In this document: positions 38,301 through 48,350 of the stretch, in pieces
Numbering within the stretch: the stretch's first letter is position 1
How the letters are laid out: every line of letters starts with the position of its first letter
Assembly: GCA_964010765.1 (NCBI GenBank)
Contig: CAXGMD010000014.1
Span: forward strand, 1 to 51,476
Length of the DNA: 51,476 nucleotides
From: an uncultured bacterium
Lineage (GTDB): Bacteria; SAR324; NAC60-12
Reading direction: 5' to 3'
Program-made: the position numbers and the translations under genes
The notes under the pieces: generated by a model
Databases searched by the model: none
Told to the model about the DNA's origin: nothing
The model's input: only the letters and a program-made list of their open reading frames with translations

Positions 38301-39011
38301 TTGCAACCTTCCTATCAGCGAATTCTTCTCAAACTCAGCGGGGAAACTCTTGGAGGAACCAAGGGCTTTGGTTTCGACTATGAAGTGGTTCAAACCATCG
38401 CTGAAAACATCTCCAAGGTTCACGATCTGGGAGTTGCCGTAGGAGTCGTGGTTGGGGGTGGAAACATTTTTCGAGGTGCCCGCTCTGCTGAGGGGCACAT
38501 TGGCCGAGTCGCCGGTGATCACATGGGAATGATGGCCACCGTGATCAACAGCATCTGCCTGCAAGAAGTTTTAGAGCAACGTGGAGTCACCACTCGGGTA
38601 ATGTCGGCCATTGATATCCGTGCTGTAGCTGAGCCCTACATCAAGCGTCGGGCTGACCGGCATTTGGAGAAGTCACGGGTGGTTATCTTTGCAGCAGGAA
38701 CCGGGAACCCGTTCTTCACAACAGACACAGCCGCAGTGCTACGGGCGTCTGAAATCAGTGCAGAGATTGTGATCAAGGCCACCAAGACTGATGGTGTCTA
38801 TGACAAAGATCCAATGCTCTATGCCGACGCTGTCCGTTATGAACAGCTCGATTACGCTGAGGTCCTCAAACGGAATCTAAAGGTCATGGACTCCACAGCG
38901 ATTGCCTTCTGTAAAGACAATGATTTGCCAATCATGGTTCTCGATATCAACGCCCCTGACTCCATCCTGAGTGCAGTTTGTGGTGAACCTGTTGGCACCC
39001 TGATTAGTTGA
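38301..39011 (+). CDS. pyrH: UMP kinase
   Basis: 'RILLKLSGE', 'GGGNIFRG', 'GNPFFTTD', 'KVMDSTA'; TTG start. Confidence 0.97.
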   Translation: MQPSYQRILLKLSGETLGGTKGFGFDYEVVQTIAENISKVHDLGVAVGVVVGGGNIFRGARSAEGHIGRVAGDHMGMMATVINSICLQEVLEQRGVTTRVMSAIDIRAVAEPYIKRRADRHLEKSRVVIFAAGTGNPFFTTDTAAVLRASEISAEIVIKATKTDGVYDKDPMLYADAVRYEQLDYAEVLKRNLKVMDSTAIAFCKDNDLPIMVLDINAPDSILSAVCGEPVGTLIS

Positions 39012-39021
39012 GAGACACATC

Positions 39022-39591
39022 ATGCAAGCTGAGACGATCGAAGAAGTTCAAGAGACAGTTCGCCGAAAAATGGATAGTACGCTGAACAACCTGCGACAGG
39101 AGTTCAACAACATTCATGCAGGCCGGGTTACACCCGCTATGCTTGAGAACGAGAAGGTGGACTACTACGGATCTCCAACTCCGATTACACAAGTTGCCTC
39201 TGTTTCTGCACCGGAACCTCAACTGCTGATGATCAATCCTTGGGAAAAAAACATGATCAAGGAGATCGAGCGAACGCTTCAAGCGGCAAACCTCGGTTTC
39301 AGCTTATCCAATGATGGCAATGTAATCAGAGCACTATTACCTCCCTTCACGGAAGAGCGACGCAAGGAACGAGTCAAACAGACTAAGAAAATTGGTGAAG
39401 AAGTCAAAGTAGCCTTACGCAATGTGCGTCGTGAAGGCAACGACACCTTGAAAAAAATGGAAAAAGATAAGCTCATCTCTCAGGATGAAGAGAAGGGCGC
39501 CCAGGCAGATATCCAGAAGCTCACGGATGAGCACATCAACCTAGTGAGCGAATTAATGACTGCCAAGGAAAAAGAACTGATGACCATCTGA
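39022..39591 (+). CDS. frr: Ribosome recycling factor
   Basis: 'VDYYG', 'PPFTEERR', 'RNVRR', 'IQKLTD', 'KEKEL'. Confidence 0.97.
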   Translation: MQAETIEEVQETVRRKMDSTLNNLRQEFNNIHAGRVTPAMLENEKVDYYGSPTPITQVASVSAPEPQLLMINPWEKNMIKEIERTLQAANLGFSLSNDGNVIRALLPPFTEERRKERVKQTKKIGEEVKVALRNVRREGNDTLKKMEKDKLISQDEEKGAQADIQKLTDEHINLVSELMTAKEKELMTI

Positions 39592-39622
39592 GTCATACCC
39601 TAATCCTCCCTAGGATCCTCTT

Positions 39623-40879
39623 TTGCTCGCTAGCCTGCTCTATTCCTTGTTGCCTTATCAGATTTTCAAGTCCGTCTTCTTCCGCGGGGGGATGACGTTC
39701 TTGACAGCTTATCTGATCATCACCTGGCTGATGCCGATGACGATACAGTTTTTCCGGCGTCATGGAATCACCTCTGATTTCACAGCTGCTAGCAGACAGA
39801 CAGGACCATACACTGGAGCGACCCCAATTATGGGAGGTGGGGTGTTGATCGTAGGCATCCTGATTTCCTCATTACTCTGGACGACCCTGAATCAGTACAT
39901 CATCGCCCTGCTCCTGATCATGCTTTCCTTTGGGCTGATTGGTGCGCTGGATGATCTGGCAAAGGTCTTTCACAAACGGCGGATAGAGAGAGGGGAAGAA
40001 GCCCGCAAGAGCTACAGTGACAAGGCTGATGGCATTAGTGGGAAAGGAAGGTTGGCTGCTGAATTTGCAGTGGCGCTGCTAGTTGTCTTGGGGCTTTACT
40101 TATACGTCGATATTGATGGACATCTCGTTGTGCCTTTTGTACCTATCGATGAATGGTATCCGTATCTCCCAAAGTATCTGTTCATTCCCTTCATGCTACT
40201 TGTCATCGTGGGTGGCGCGAATGCGGTCAACTTGACCGATGGGATGGACACCCTGGCTACTGTGCCATTGATGACCTGCACGCTCTTCGTAGGAGCCGTG
40301 GCCTATATTGGAGGAGACTTAGACTTTGCCACAAAGCTAAAAATTCCTCATCTTTCTCATGATATCAAGGAATTGGCTGTGCTTGCTGCTGCCATTATCA
40401 GCGCAGGTTTTGCCTTTCTGAAGTACAACGCACCTCCAGCCCAAATCTATATGGGTGACCTCGGAGCTCTGGCGCTGGGAAGTGTTGTTTCAGCAATGTT
40501 CATCTTTGTGAAAGCTGAGTTGTTCCTGCCAATTGTAGGAGGACTGTTTGTTTTCTCTGCTCTCTCAACAATCATTCAGCGAGTTTTTTTTCGAGCAATG
40601 TTGCGTTTGCGGGGTCGGAATTTTGCGGAAACTTATCGCTTCTTTCTGAAATCTCCCTATCATCATCATCTGCAGCAACTTTGGACCTATCATCCGGAAG
40701 CTCCAAAAGTGAAGTCAGTCTGGTTGATGATGTTGGAAAAACTTGGAGTGCGCTCTGTTCCAGAAGACAACAAGCTGCTCACTCCTCAAGAAGTCAATAG
40801 TCGAGTGGTCTGGCATTTTCATTTGCGCTCGATCTGGCTTTTTGTGATCACTTTGATCCTCTATTTCAAGGTAAGATAA
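39623..40879 (+). CDS. mraY: Phospho-N-acetylmuramoyl-pentapeptide transferase (divergent)
   Basis: 'TPIMGG', 'DDLAK', 'NAVNLTDGMD', 'MGDLG', 'HHH'; TTG start. Confidence 0.85.
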   Translation: MLASLLYSLLPYQIFKSVFFRGGMTFLTAYLIITWLMPMTIQFFRRHGITSDFTAASRQTGPYTGATPIMGGGVLIVGILISSLLWTTLNQYIIALLLIMLSFGLIGALDDLAKVFHKRRIERGEEARKSYSDKADGISGKGRLAAEFAVALLVVLGLYLYVDIDGHLVVPFVPIDEWYPYLPKYLFIPFMLLVIVGGANAVNLTDGMDTLATVPLMTCTLFVGAVAYIGGDLDFATKLKIPHLSHDIKELAVLAAAIISAGFAFLKYNAPPAQIYMGDLGALALGSVVSAMFIFVKAELFLPIVGGLFVFSALSTIIQRVFFRAMLRLRGRNFAETYRFFLKSPYHHHLQQLWTYHPEAPKVKSVWLMMLEKLGVRSVPEDNKLLTPQEVNSRVVWHFHLRSIWLFVITLILYFKVR

Positions 40880-41619
40880 TGACGGATTTGACTGGCAAAC
40901 GTGCGCTGGTGACCGGTGCTGGACGCGGAATTGGGCGTGAAATCGCGCTGGAGTTGGTCCGGGGTGGAGCAAGTGTCGTCATCATCAACCGAAATCCAGA
41001 ACGCGGCTCCGCTGTTCTCACAGAAATCAAGGAAGCCAATGGGGAAGGCTGGAGTCTGCTAGGGGATGTTGCGGATCGAGAAACTGCTGACAATTTAGCT
41101 GAAGAGGCTCTGAAACTTACAGGAGGAATCGATATCCTAGTGAACAATGCTGGTATCACCAAGGACAACCTCTTTATGCGGATGAAGCCAGAAGAGTGGG
41201 AGCAGGTACTGGGAGTCAATTTGAATGGTGTCTACTACATCACCCGTAGTCTCATCCGTCACATGGTCAAGCAGCGCTTTGGTCGCATCGTCAATATTGG
41301 CTCAGTGGTTGGTTCCACAGGTAATCCGGGTCAGGTAAACTACAGCACAACCAAGGCTGGATTGATCGGTTTTACAAAGTCATTGGCCAAGGAGCTTGGA
41401 GGGCGCAACATCACAGTCAATACCATCTCTCCAGGATTCATTGAAACAGACATGACGGAGGAGTTGAACGAAAAACAAAAGGAAGCCATCCTCAGTCAGG
41501 TGCCTCTTGGGCGGATGGGAAGTGCTCAGGAAGTCGCTTGGGCGGTACGGTTTTTGGTGTCTGATCAAGCGGCCTACATCACAGGCAGCACACTGCATGT
41601 GAATGGTGGACTCTACTAG
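40879..41619 (+). CDS. fabG: 3-oxoacyl-ACP reductase
   Basis: 'TGAGRGIG', 'NNAGITKD', 'GQVNYSTTK', 'PGFIETDMT'; adjacent to acpP and fabF. Confidence 0.95.
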   Translation: MTDLTGKRALVTGAGRGIGREIALELVRGGASVVIINRNPERGSAVLTEIKEANGEGWSLLGDVADRETADNLAEEALKLTGGIDILVNNAGITKDNLFMRMKPEEWEQVLGVNLNGVYYITRSLIRHMVKQRFGRIVNIGSVVGSTGNPGQVNYSTTKAGLIGFTKSLAKELGGRNITVNTISPGFIETDMTEELNEKQKEAILSQVPLGRMGSAQEVAWAVRFLVSDQAAYITGSTLHVNGGLY

Positions 41620-41769
41620 GACGTCCGCAAAAAAATTGACATTTAAGCTGAATTTGAGGAAACAAACTCGCACTGGTTGCGGGAATTCTCCGTGGCTAGC
41701 AGGACCTCCCAAGCAGGAAATGCCTCTGGTCGCCTAATCTTTGGTTTTACACTGGAAAAGGATCACAAC

Positions 41770-42006
41770 ATGGATGAAATCGTATCAAAGGTCACGAAGA
41801 TCATCAGCGAGCAACTTGGCAAAGATGAGTCTGAGATCAATTTAGAATCCCACTTCATTGACGACCTAGACGCAGACTCACTGGACACCGTTGAACTGGT
41901 CATGGCGCTGGAAGAAGAATTCGGCATCGATATCCCGGATGATGCCTCCGAAAAAATCACTACCGTCCAGTCAGCTGTTGACTTCATCCGATCCGCTACT
42001 GGCTGA
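41770..42006 (+). CDS. acpP: Acyl carrier protein
   Basis: '[21 protein letters not shown]'; ATG at 41770. Confidence 0.97.
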   Translation: MDEIVSKVTKIISEQLGKDESEINLESHFIDDLDADSLDTVELVMALEEEFGIDIPDDASEKITTVQSAVDFIRSATG

Positions 42007-42036
42007 TCCCCTCTCCCTTTCTCCTATCACACTCTC

Positions 42037-43275
42037 ATGAGCGATCGTCGTCGAATCGTCGTGACCGGTCTTGGTTGCGTCAGTCCACTTGGAAACAGCG
42101 TGGCAGAAGCTTGGAGTGCCTGTTCCTCTGGAAAGTCAGGCATTGGTCCAATCACACATTTTGATGCTTCGGAGTTCCGAACTCAAATTGCTGGAGAGGT
42201 ACGCAACTACCAAGTTCCTGACATTGTCTCTCCCAAGGAAGCTCGTAAGATGGAGCTCTTCATTCGCTATGCAGTTGGTGCTGCAGCGGAGGCTCTCCAA
42301 GACGCTAACTTGGAGATCACCGAAGAACTGGAAGAGGAAACTGGTGTCTCAATGGGAGTGGGAATCGGGGGATTGGGCAATATCGAGCGGCATACGCTGC
42401 TGGTGGAAGAGGGAGGACCAAAACGGATTTCTCCCTTCTTCATCCCAATGACTCTTGTTAACCTGGCTCCGGGTCAGGTCTCCATGGTTTTCAAGGCTCG
42501 CAACTATAACGCTTGTTCAGTTTCGGCCTGTACCTCCTCCAATCATGCGATTGGTACTGCAGCGCGCATCATTGAACGTGGAGATGCGAAAATCATGTTG
42601 GCAGGAGGCAGTGAATCAGCTGTGACTCCCCTGGGGGTCGGAGGTTTTGCGGCGATGAGAGCACTCAGCACACGCAATGATGACCCAGAACGGGCGAGTC
42701 GTCCTTACGATCAAGATCGAGATGGCTTTGTTCTTTCGGAGGGAGGAGCAATGCTGATTCTCGAAGATTATGAATTTGCCAAAGCCAGAGGAGCCCGGAT
42801 CTACTGTGAAATCATCGGGTATGGGGTCAGTTCGGATGCCCATCACATCACTGCGCCTTCCATGGAAGGTCCAGCTCGAGCGATGAAACTAGCTCTCAAG
42901 GATGCCAAGCTGAACTCGAAGGATCTTGACTACGTCAACGCTCATGGCACCTCGACTCCCGCAGGAGATCTTAACGAATTGCGAGCGCTTAAGCTGGCGC
43001 TTGGAGAAGACACAGCAAAGCATATTTCCATCAGTTCCACGAAGTCCATGACTGGGCATCTCCTGGGAGCTGCGGCGGCAATCGAGGCAGTGTTCTCTAT
43101 CAAAGCCATGGAACAAGGCCTTGTACCTCCTACGATCAATGTCGAAAATCTGGACCCGGAATGTGATCTAGACATCACCCCAAACGTGGCTCGTGAACGT
43201 CAGATAACACACGTCATGTCGAACGCCTTTGGCTTCGGTGGGACGAATGCTTCGGTCATCTTCCGTAAAATCTAA
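42037..43275 (+). CDS. fabF: Beta-ketoacyl-ACP synthase II
   Basis: 'SACTSS', 'NAHGTST', 'KSMTGHLLGAA', 'NAFGFGG'. Confidence 0.97.
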   Translation: MSDRRRIVVTGLGCVSPLGNSVAEAWSACSSGKSGIGPITHFDASEFRTQIAGEVRNYQVPDIVSPKEARKMELFIRYAVGAAAEALQDANLEITEELEEETGVSMGVGIGGLGNIERHTLLVEEGGPKRISPFFIPMTLVNLAPGQVSMVFKARNYNACSVSACTSSNHAIGTAARIIERGDAKIMLAGGSESAVTPLGVGGFAAMRALSTRNDDPERASRPYDQDRDGFVLSEGGAMLILEDYEFAKARGARIYCEIIGYGVSSDAHHITAPSMEGPARAMKLALKDAKLNSKDLDYVNAHGTSTPAGDLNELRALKLALGEDTAKHISISSTKSMTGHLLGAAAAIEAVFSIKAMEQGLVPPTINVENLDPECDLDITPNVARERQITHVMSNAFGFGGTNASVIFRKI

Positions 43276-43302
43276 CCCAATCCTTAGCTCATAGAGATCC
43301 AG

Positions 43303-43485
43303 ATGGAAGAATTCATCTTTCAATTGAAAAGTAATCGCTTCGTGCGCTACTCCGTACTCGGAGGGTTTATCTTGATTTCTTATGTGGTGACCAACGGAAG
43401 CATCCTCTCCACTGCTCTGGTTGGAGCCGGACTGCTGCTGGGAAGGATGAGCTACAACGATGCAGTAGATGATATCGACGTCTGA
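43303..43485 (+). CDS. Small hypothetical membrane protein
   Basis: 60 aa with two short hydrophobic segments; directly follows fabF. Confidence 0.55.
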   Translation: MEEFIFQLKSNRFVRYSVLGGFILISYVVTNGSILSTALVGAGLLLGRMSYNDAVDDIDV

Positions 43486-44387
43486 AAGTTAGCTCTCTCG
43501 TCAGTTGTTTGCATCCAGTAGATGGGTCGGTTCAACTGGCGAAATTTCTCTTGAAGATCCTGCTGCCACGCTCTGAACTGTCTTTGAAATTCCTTTTCTC
43601 TTGACTCACCCCAATCCAGGGTTAGGCGCGTTGCGCCCTGCTGAAAAAGGACCTCCCCCCGCCAGGGCATCTGTTGCTCTAAGTGATCTAAAAGACAAAC
43701 TGGTCGTAATTCACAATGCCGAACCAGTCTCCGGCAAAGTTTCCACTCCTCTTCTCCAAATTGCTGAAAATCACTGAAGAGCCAGACTACGTTACCTGGA
43801 CGCTGAACACGATTGAAGCGTTCCAGAAGCTTCAGTAGTGGTGACGGATCAACCGAAATAAACCCCTCTTCCTGCAATCCCAGCAACTCCTGTTGATAGG
43901 CTTCCACCAGTTTGCCGAGCATCTGCAGCAGTGCTGGACGATGTTCCTTAGGCGCCACCTCATGGTGAGTTCTTGCCCCAGCAAACCAAAGCGCAACCCG
44001 GTCCTGATTTTTCAGAGCTCGCCAAGCAAGTTGTGCCGCTAGACAAGCAGCTAGCCGAACCTTGAGTTGTCCTTGAGTGGCAAAAAACATGGAGGGGGAA
44101 CAGTCCAACAAAAGAAAGTTGGGTTGCTCGCGTTCTTCACGGAAGAGTTTGGTGTGCGGTCGACCAGTTCGTGCTGTGACCAGCCAGTCGATCAGGCGGA
44201 CATCGTCTCCTGCCTGATAGAGTCGAACCTCGTCAAATTCCATCCCCCGTCCCTGAAAGCGGCTTCGATGGGAGCCAACCCTGGAACTTGATGGGAGAGT
44301 CCGTCGAGCTTGTAGAGGGCCAAGGGGGAATGCTCCGGGGAGGAGGTCCACCAAGGCCAGTTGCAGACCATCGGTGGGAGTGGGCAT
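43452..44387 (-). CDS. DUF58 domain protein
   Basis: 'GRGMEFDEVRLYQAGDDVRLIDW.VTAR', 'DCSPSM', 'SDF'. Confidence 0.9.
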   Translation of the reverse strand: MPTPTDGLQLALVDLLPGAFPLGPLQARRTLPSSSRVGSHRSRFQGRGMEFDEVRLYQAGDDVRLIDWLVTARTGRPHTKLFREEREQPNFLLLDCSPSMFFATQGQLKVRLAACLAAQLAWRALKNQDRVALWFAGARTHHEVAPKEHRPALLQMLGKLVEAYQQELLGLQEEGFISVDPSPLLKLLERFNRVQRPGNVVWLFSDFQQFGEEEWKLCRRLVRHCELRPVCLLDHLEQQMPWRGEVLFQQGATRLTLDWGESREKEFQRQFRAWQQDLQEKFRQLNRPIYWMQTTDERANFQTSISSTASL

Positions 44388-44388
44388 G

Positions 44389-44799
44389 TCAGTTGGGAGG
44401 TGCCGGAATACAGACGAGCAAGCCTCGATCTACGCGATAGCTACCACAGTTCTCTGTGAAGGCCTGCGCAGCTCGTTCGGTTTCAATTTCAAAGGCGTGA
44501 CCAATCTTCATTTGATCGCGAACTTCCTGTGAGCTGGGTGAGCCCCACTGACTGGTTCGGCTCTGATGAAGCCGCTGCACGTTTAGCTGCTCCACTTTCC
44601 CAAGAGACTGGTTAGCCTCTTTCTGAATCTTGGCTTGGACGTTATCATCACAACGCATGGTTTCGCCATACGTCTCCTCCTGTAGGCAAGCCGGAGCCGA
44701 AACTTCCTGACGATAGGGCGGACTTGGTGGGGGGGATCCACTACAGGCCACCAGACTTGCCAACAGTGACAACATTGTGAACTGCCGCACTGGACTCAT
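44389..44799 (-). CDS. Hypothetical lipoprotein
   Basis: Lipobox 'LVAC', Pro-rich linker, four further Cys. Confidence 0.75.
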   Translation of the reverse strand: MSPVRQFTMLSLLASLVACSGSPPPSPPYRQEVSAPACLQEETYGETMRCDDNVQAKIQKEANQSLGKVEQLNVQRLHQSRTSQWGSPSSQEVRDQMKIGHAFEIETERAAQAFTENCGSYRVDRGLLVCIPAPPN

Positions 44800-45218
44800 T
44801 GCCGTTCCCGAATGAGTTGTTGAACCATTAAGTTGGATTCACGAATGCGTCGGGCAGTATCGCGGTTGATCCGTGCGATGGGCGCTGGATTCACCTGTTT
44901 TTGCAGACTGGCCCCATAGTAGGGAGCGCTGCGTTCCTCTCCGACAATCGGGCCACTGAAACCGATATAACGTTGCCTGTGGCGGAATTTTTTACTGTAT
45001 GTACGTCGGTACTCGAAAGGATCCTGGGTCAGCTGGTTGACCATCTCTCCACTGCGCTGCACTTCCTGTGGGCGGTACTCCGAAAGGGGATACTCTCCTC
45101 GTTCTCCGCGAATCACTTGCTGAATGAGGGAATTAGTTCTCCGAAGATGAAGCTCATCCTGAGCAAATACCGGCGCAGACAGGACCACGAGTAACGACAC
45201 TAAGATCGTGCGTCTCAT
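44796..45218 (-). CDS. Hypothetical exported protein
   Basis: Signal peptide ending 'VFA'; Arg/Gln-rich; 4-nt overlap with the next gene. Confidence 0.72.
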   Translation of the reverse strand: MRRTILVSLLVVLSAPVFAQDELHLRRTNSLIQQVIRGERGEYPLSEYRPQEVQRSGEMVNQLTQDPFEYRRTYSKKFRHRQRYIGFSGPIVGEERSAPYYGASLQKQVNPAPIARINRDTARRIRESNLMVQQLIRERQ

Positions 45219-45516
45219 ATAATCCTCGTCTCGCAGTATTTTCTCTATTACTCCGAATTGAGACTATCCTGCCCAGCAGGCGCTTGCAATCCGGAATATT
45301 CTGGCAATGCGGAGATTGAGCCAAGGAATGGTCAATCTCCCCAAAGTTGAGCCTTCTGAAAGAATGATGCCTAAAATTCAACTCTTCCCCTTTATCAACA
45401 AACTTTGGCTGGAATCTATTTCATTCATTGGTAGAGTGAGAAGTTTTCTGACTAGCAAGTTGCAAGGTGGTCTGGCCACTTGTCTCATTGAAGAACCTTG
45501 ACCCCATTGGAGAACC

Positions 45517-47106
45517 ATGCCTGATGGAATTCAGATCCAAGGCCCTATACATGAGGGTTTTGCCGAAGTCCTCTCGGAAGAGGCCCAAAAATTTATTGTT
45601 CAGTTGCATCGACAATTCAACGGACGTCGCCAGGAATTGCTGAAGCGTCGTGAAGAAGTACAGCAGGCGCTCTTCAATGGACAAAAACCCAGTTATTCGG
45701 AAGAGACTCGATCCATTCGTGAAGGAGACTGGAGAGTCGCGCCACTACCAGACGACCTGCAAGATCGACGTTGCGAGATCACCGGTCCTGTCGAAGCCAA
45801 GATGATGATCAATGCGATGAACTCTGGAGCCCGAGTTTTCATGGCAGACTTGGAAGATGCCAACAGCCCCAACTGGTTCAACCAGATCCAGGGACAGATC
45901 AATCTGCAGAGAGCGATTGACCGTACTCTGGAGTTCACCAATCCGGCTGGCAAGGAATACAAACTGAACGATGAAGTCTCTACCCTGATCGTACGTCCAC
46001 GTGGATGGCACCTTAATGAGAAGCACATCTTGATCGATGGTGAGATCGCATCAGGTTCACTAGTCGACTTCGGCTTATACTTCTTCCACAACCACGAGCG
46101 GGTCAAGAAGATCAATTCTGGAATCTATCTCTACCTGCCAAAGCTGGAGAATCATCAGGAAGCCAAGCTCTGGAACGATGTCTTCGTGATGGCTCAAGAG
46201 TACGTTGGCAAACCAATCGGTAGCATCAAGGCCACAATTCTGATTGAGCACATCCTCGCTCCCTTCGAAATCGAAGAGATGCTGTATGTGCTGAAAGATC
46301 ACATGGCAGGCATGAACGCTGGACGCTGGGATTACATGTTCAGCTGCATCAAAAAATTCCGATCGGATCCAAACTTCCTCTGGCCAGATCGTATTCATGT
46401 GACCATGACCGTGCCCTTCATGCGAGCCTATACAGAATCACTCGTCCGCGCCTGTCACAAGCGAGGAGCGCATGCTATCGGTGGGATGGCTGCCTTCATC
46501 CCAAGCCGACGGGATCCAGAAGTGAACAAGGTTGCTCTCGGCAAAGTGAGAGCGGACAAGGAGCGCGATGCCAATGACGGCTACGATGGTTCCTGGGTTG
46601 CGCACCCTGATCTGGTACCCATCTGCAACGAAGTTTTCACAGAAAAGTTCGGACCCAACCGTGTGAACCAGAAGGACAATCTTCGAGAAGATGTGGTTCC
46701 CAATCCGGATGGTTTCGTCAACTTTGAGGTTCCTGGAGAGATCACCGAGGGTGGTTTGCGCAACAACATCAGCGTGGGTATTCAGTACGTTGAATCCTGG
46801 CTGAACGGCATGGGCGCAGTGGCCATTTTCAATCTGATGGAAGACGCAGCTACCGCAGAAATCTCACGTTCTCAGATCTGGCAGTGGATTCGCCATCCAG
46901 ATGGGAAATTGTCGGACGGTCGCAAGATCACGGTTGAGATGTACCGACAGTTCGCGGAGGAAGAGTTAGAAAAAATTCGGGCGGAGCGTGGGGAGAGCTT
47001 CAGTGAGGAGCGCTTTGCCAAGGCAGCCAAGACAATGGATGTATTGGCAACTGACCCAGAATTCCGTGAATTCCTGACGGTTCAAGCCTACGACCTGCTC
47101 GACTGA
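45517..47106 (+). CDS. aceB: Malate synthase A
   Basis: 'RRCEITGP', 'MADLED', 'VRPRGWHL', 'YLPKLE', 'NAGRWDY', 'LMEDAATAEISRSQ'. Confidence 0.96.
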   Translation: MPDGIQIQGPIHEGFAEVLSEEAQKFIVQLHRQFNGRRQELLKRREEVQQALFNGQKPSYSEETRSIREGDWRVAPLPDDLQDRRCEITGPVEAKMMINAMNSGARVFMADLEDANSPNWFNQIQGQINLQRAIDRTLEFTNPAGKEYKLNDEVSTLIVRPRGWHLNEKHILIDGEIASGSLVDFGLYFFHNHERVKKINSGIYLYLPKLENHQEAKLWNDVFVMAQEYVGKPIGSIKATILIEHILAPFEIEEMLYVLKDHMAGMNAGRWDYMFSCIKKFRSDPNFLWPDRIHVTMTVPFMRAYTESLVRACHKRGAHAIGGMAAFIPSRRDPEVNKVALGKVRADKERDANDGYDGSWVAHPDLVPICNEVFTEKFGPNRVNQKDNLREDVVPNPDGFVNFEVPGEITEGGLRNNISVGIQYVESWLNGMGAVAIFNLMEDAATAEISRSQIWQWIRHPDGKLSDGRKITVEMYRQFAEEELEKIRAERGESFSEERFAKAAKTMDVLATDPEFREFLTVQAYDLLD

Positions 47107-47121
47107 TTCCTACCAGATCAC

Positions 47122-47158
47122 TGTCTTCCGGAGCTGATGGTTCAGAAGCCGGAAGACA
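47122..47158. terminator. Hairpin between convergent aceB and DsbA-like gene
   Basis: TGTCTTCCGG...CCGGAAGACA perfect 10-bp inverted repeat; no clear U-tract. Confidence 0.5.
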
Positions 47159-47170
47159 CGTACCACTTGT

Positions 47171-47782
47171 TTACGGTTTAGCAAGCAAATCTGCGAAAGT
47201 CTGTGGCACATCAGTCACGAACTTCTCGATTGAACCGTAGCGCCCGATGTCCATCTTCATACTACCTTCAATCACGACCGTTGGGGTTCCTGTCAACCCG
47301 TACTGTTCTGTTTTACGCTCTGCTTCAGCGAGCTTGGCTTCCACCCAGGACTTGCGAGATTCTGCTTGGTATGCCTGATCCAGCCCCAAGCTCTTGGCCA
47401 GGTAGTTAATGATCCCAGGATCGAAGACATTCACATCATACTCGAAGCGAGTGCGGAATAGTTCTTCCTTGACCATCTTGCCCTTACCAAGCTTTTCAGC
47501 GACATAGTAAAGCCGAAGAGGGGAATCATCCTGCCCCCGGAAGGTGATTGGGATGTCAATAAAGTCAACTTGGTCGGCATATTCTTCCCGCAGTTTCAGG
47601 GAAGCCTTGCGTAAGTTGTTGCAGTGGATGCAGCCAAAGTTCATCAGTTCTTCAAAGCGAACCTTCTTTACCGTGTGTGCTGAAGGGACGGGTCCCACAG
47701 TGGTATAGTACCCGCGAATGTCAGCAGCGTACGAGAGCGTGGTTACCAACAAGATCGAAACAAGGGTCAGCAATGACTTCAT
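47171..47782 (-). CDS. DsbA-like periplasmic thiol-disulfide oxidoreductase
   Basis: Signal peptide, 'CIHC' active site, cis-Pro loop 'GTPT'. Confidence 0.8.
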   Translation of the reverse strand: MKSLLTLVSILLVTTLSYAADIRGYYTTVGPVPSAHTVKKVRFEELMNFGCIHCNNLRKASLKLREEYADQVDFIDIPITFRGQDDSPLRLYYVAEKLGKGKMVKEELFRTRFEYDVNVFDPGIINYLAKSLGLDQAYQAESRKSWVEAKLAEAERKTEQYGLTGTPTVVIEGSMKMDIGRYGSIEKFVTDVPQTFADLLAKP

Positions 47783-47803
47783 AGTGTGTCTCAACAAAGA
47801 GGG

Positions 47804-48187
47804 TTAGTTGATGGCGCTAGGAACGGCCAGCGTAAATTCAGGAATTTCGACCTGGAGCAGAGCACGGTTGGCGGTCTGCATCTGGTAGCTACCACGCATT
47901 GTACCCACGGGAGTCGATAAGGGGCAACCACTTGTGTATTCAAAGGATTCTCCGGGCTTGAGGACGGGCTGCTCACCCACTACACCCTCACCTTCCACAT
48001 GGCGAATCTGACCATCTCCATCGGTGATGATCCAGTGTCGCTTCAGCAACTGTACGGTCTCGTATCCCTGGTTTTCAATCCGCACTCGATAGGCGAATAG
48101 AAAGAGTGGTTTTTCAGGGTCAGATTCATTATCCAAATAGAAGGACTGGACAGCGACCCCAATATCGTGCGTAATCTCTTGGTTCAT
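47804..48187 (-). CDS. apaG: ApaG protein
   Basis: 'FAYRVRIEN', 'RHWIITD', 'GEGVVGEQP', 'EYTSG', 'GTMRGSY'; ATG after GGAG. Confidence 0.95.
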   Translation of the reverse strand: MNQEITHDIGVAVQSFYLDNESDPEKPLFLFAYRVRIENQGYETVQLLKRHWIITDGDGQIRHVEGEGVVGEQPVLKPGESFEYTSGCPLSTPVGTMRGSYQMQTANRALLQVEIPEFTLAVPSAIN

Positions 48188-48350
48188 GGCAGACTCCAAA
48201 TAGGTGATTATTTGGTGTAACTCACCTGCCGAAAGATCGCAAAGGAATTGTCTAACGCGCCCAGGACTGGTCTTGCCCTTGCAGGTCGAACAACCGACCA
48301 TTTGCCACCTAGTTTCTGGCCTTCCCTGTACTGCACTCCCAAGATCCGAC

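Noticed and set aside
37878..38564. 228-aa antisense ORF over tsf/pyrH, and many similar shadow ORFs (e.g. 49095-49730, 45693-46115)
   Set aside because: They lie opposite conserved genes and have no motifs; typical antisense shadows of codon bias
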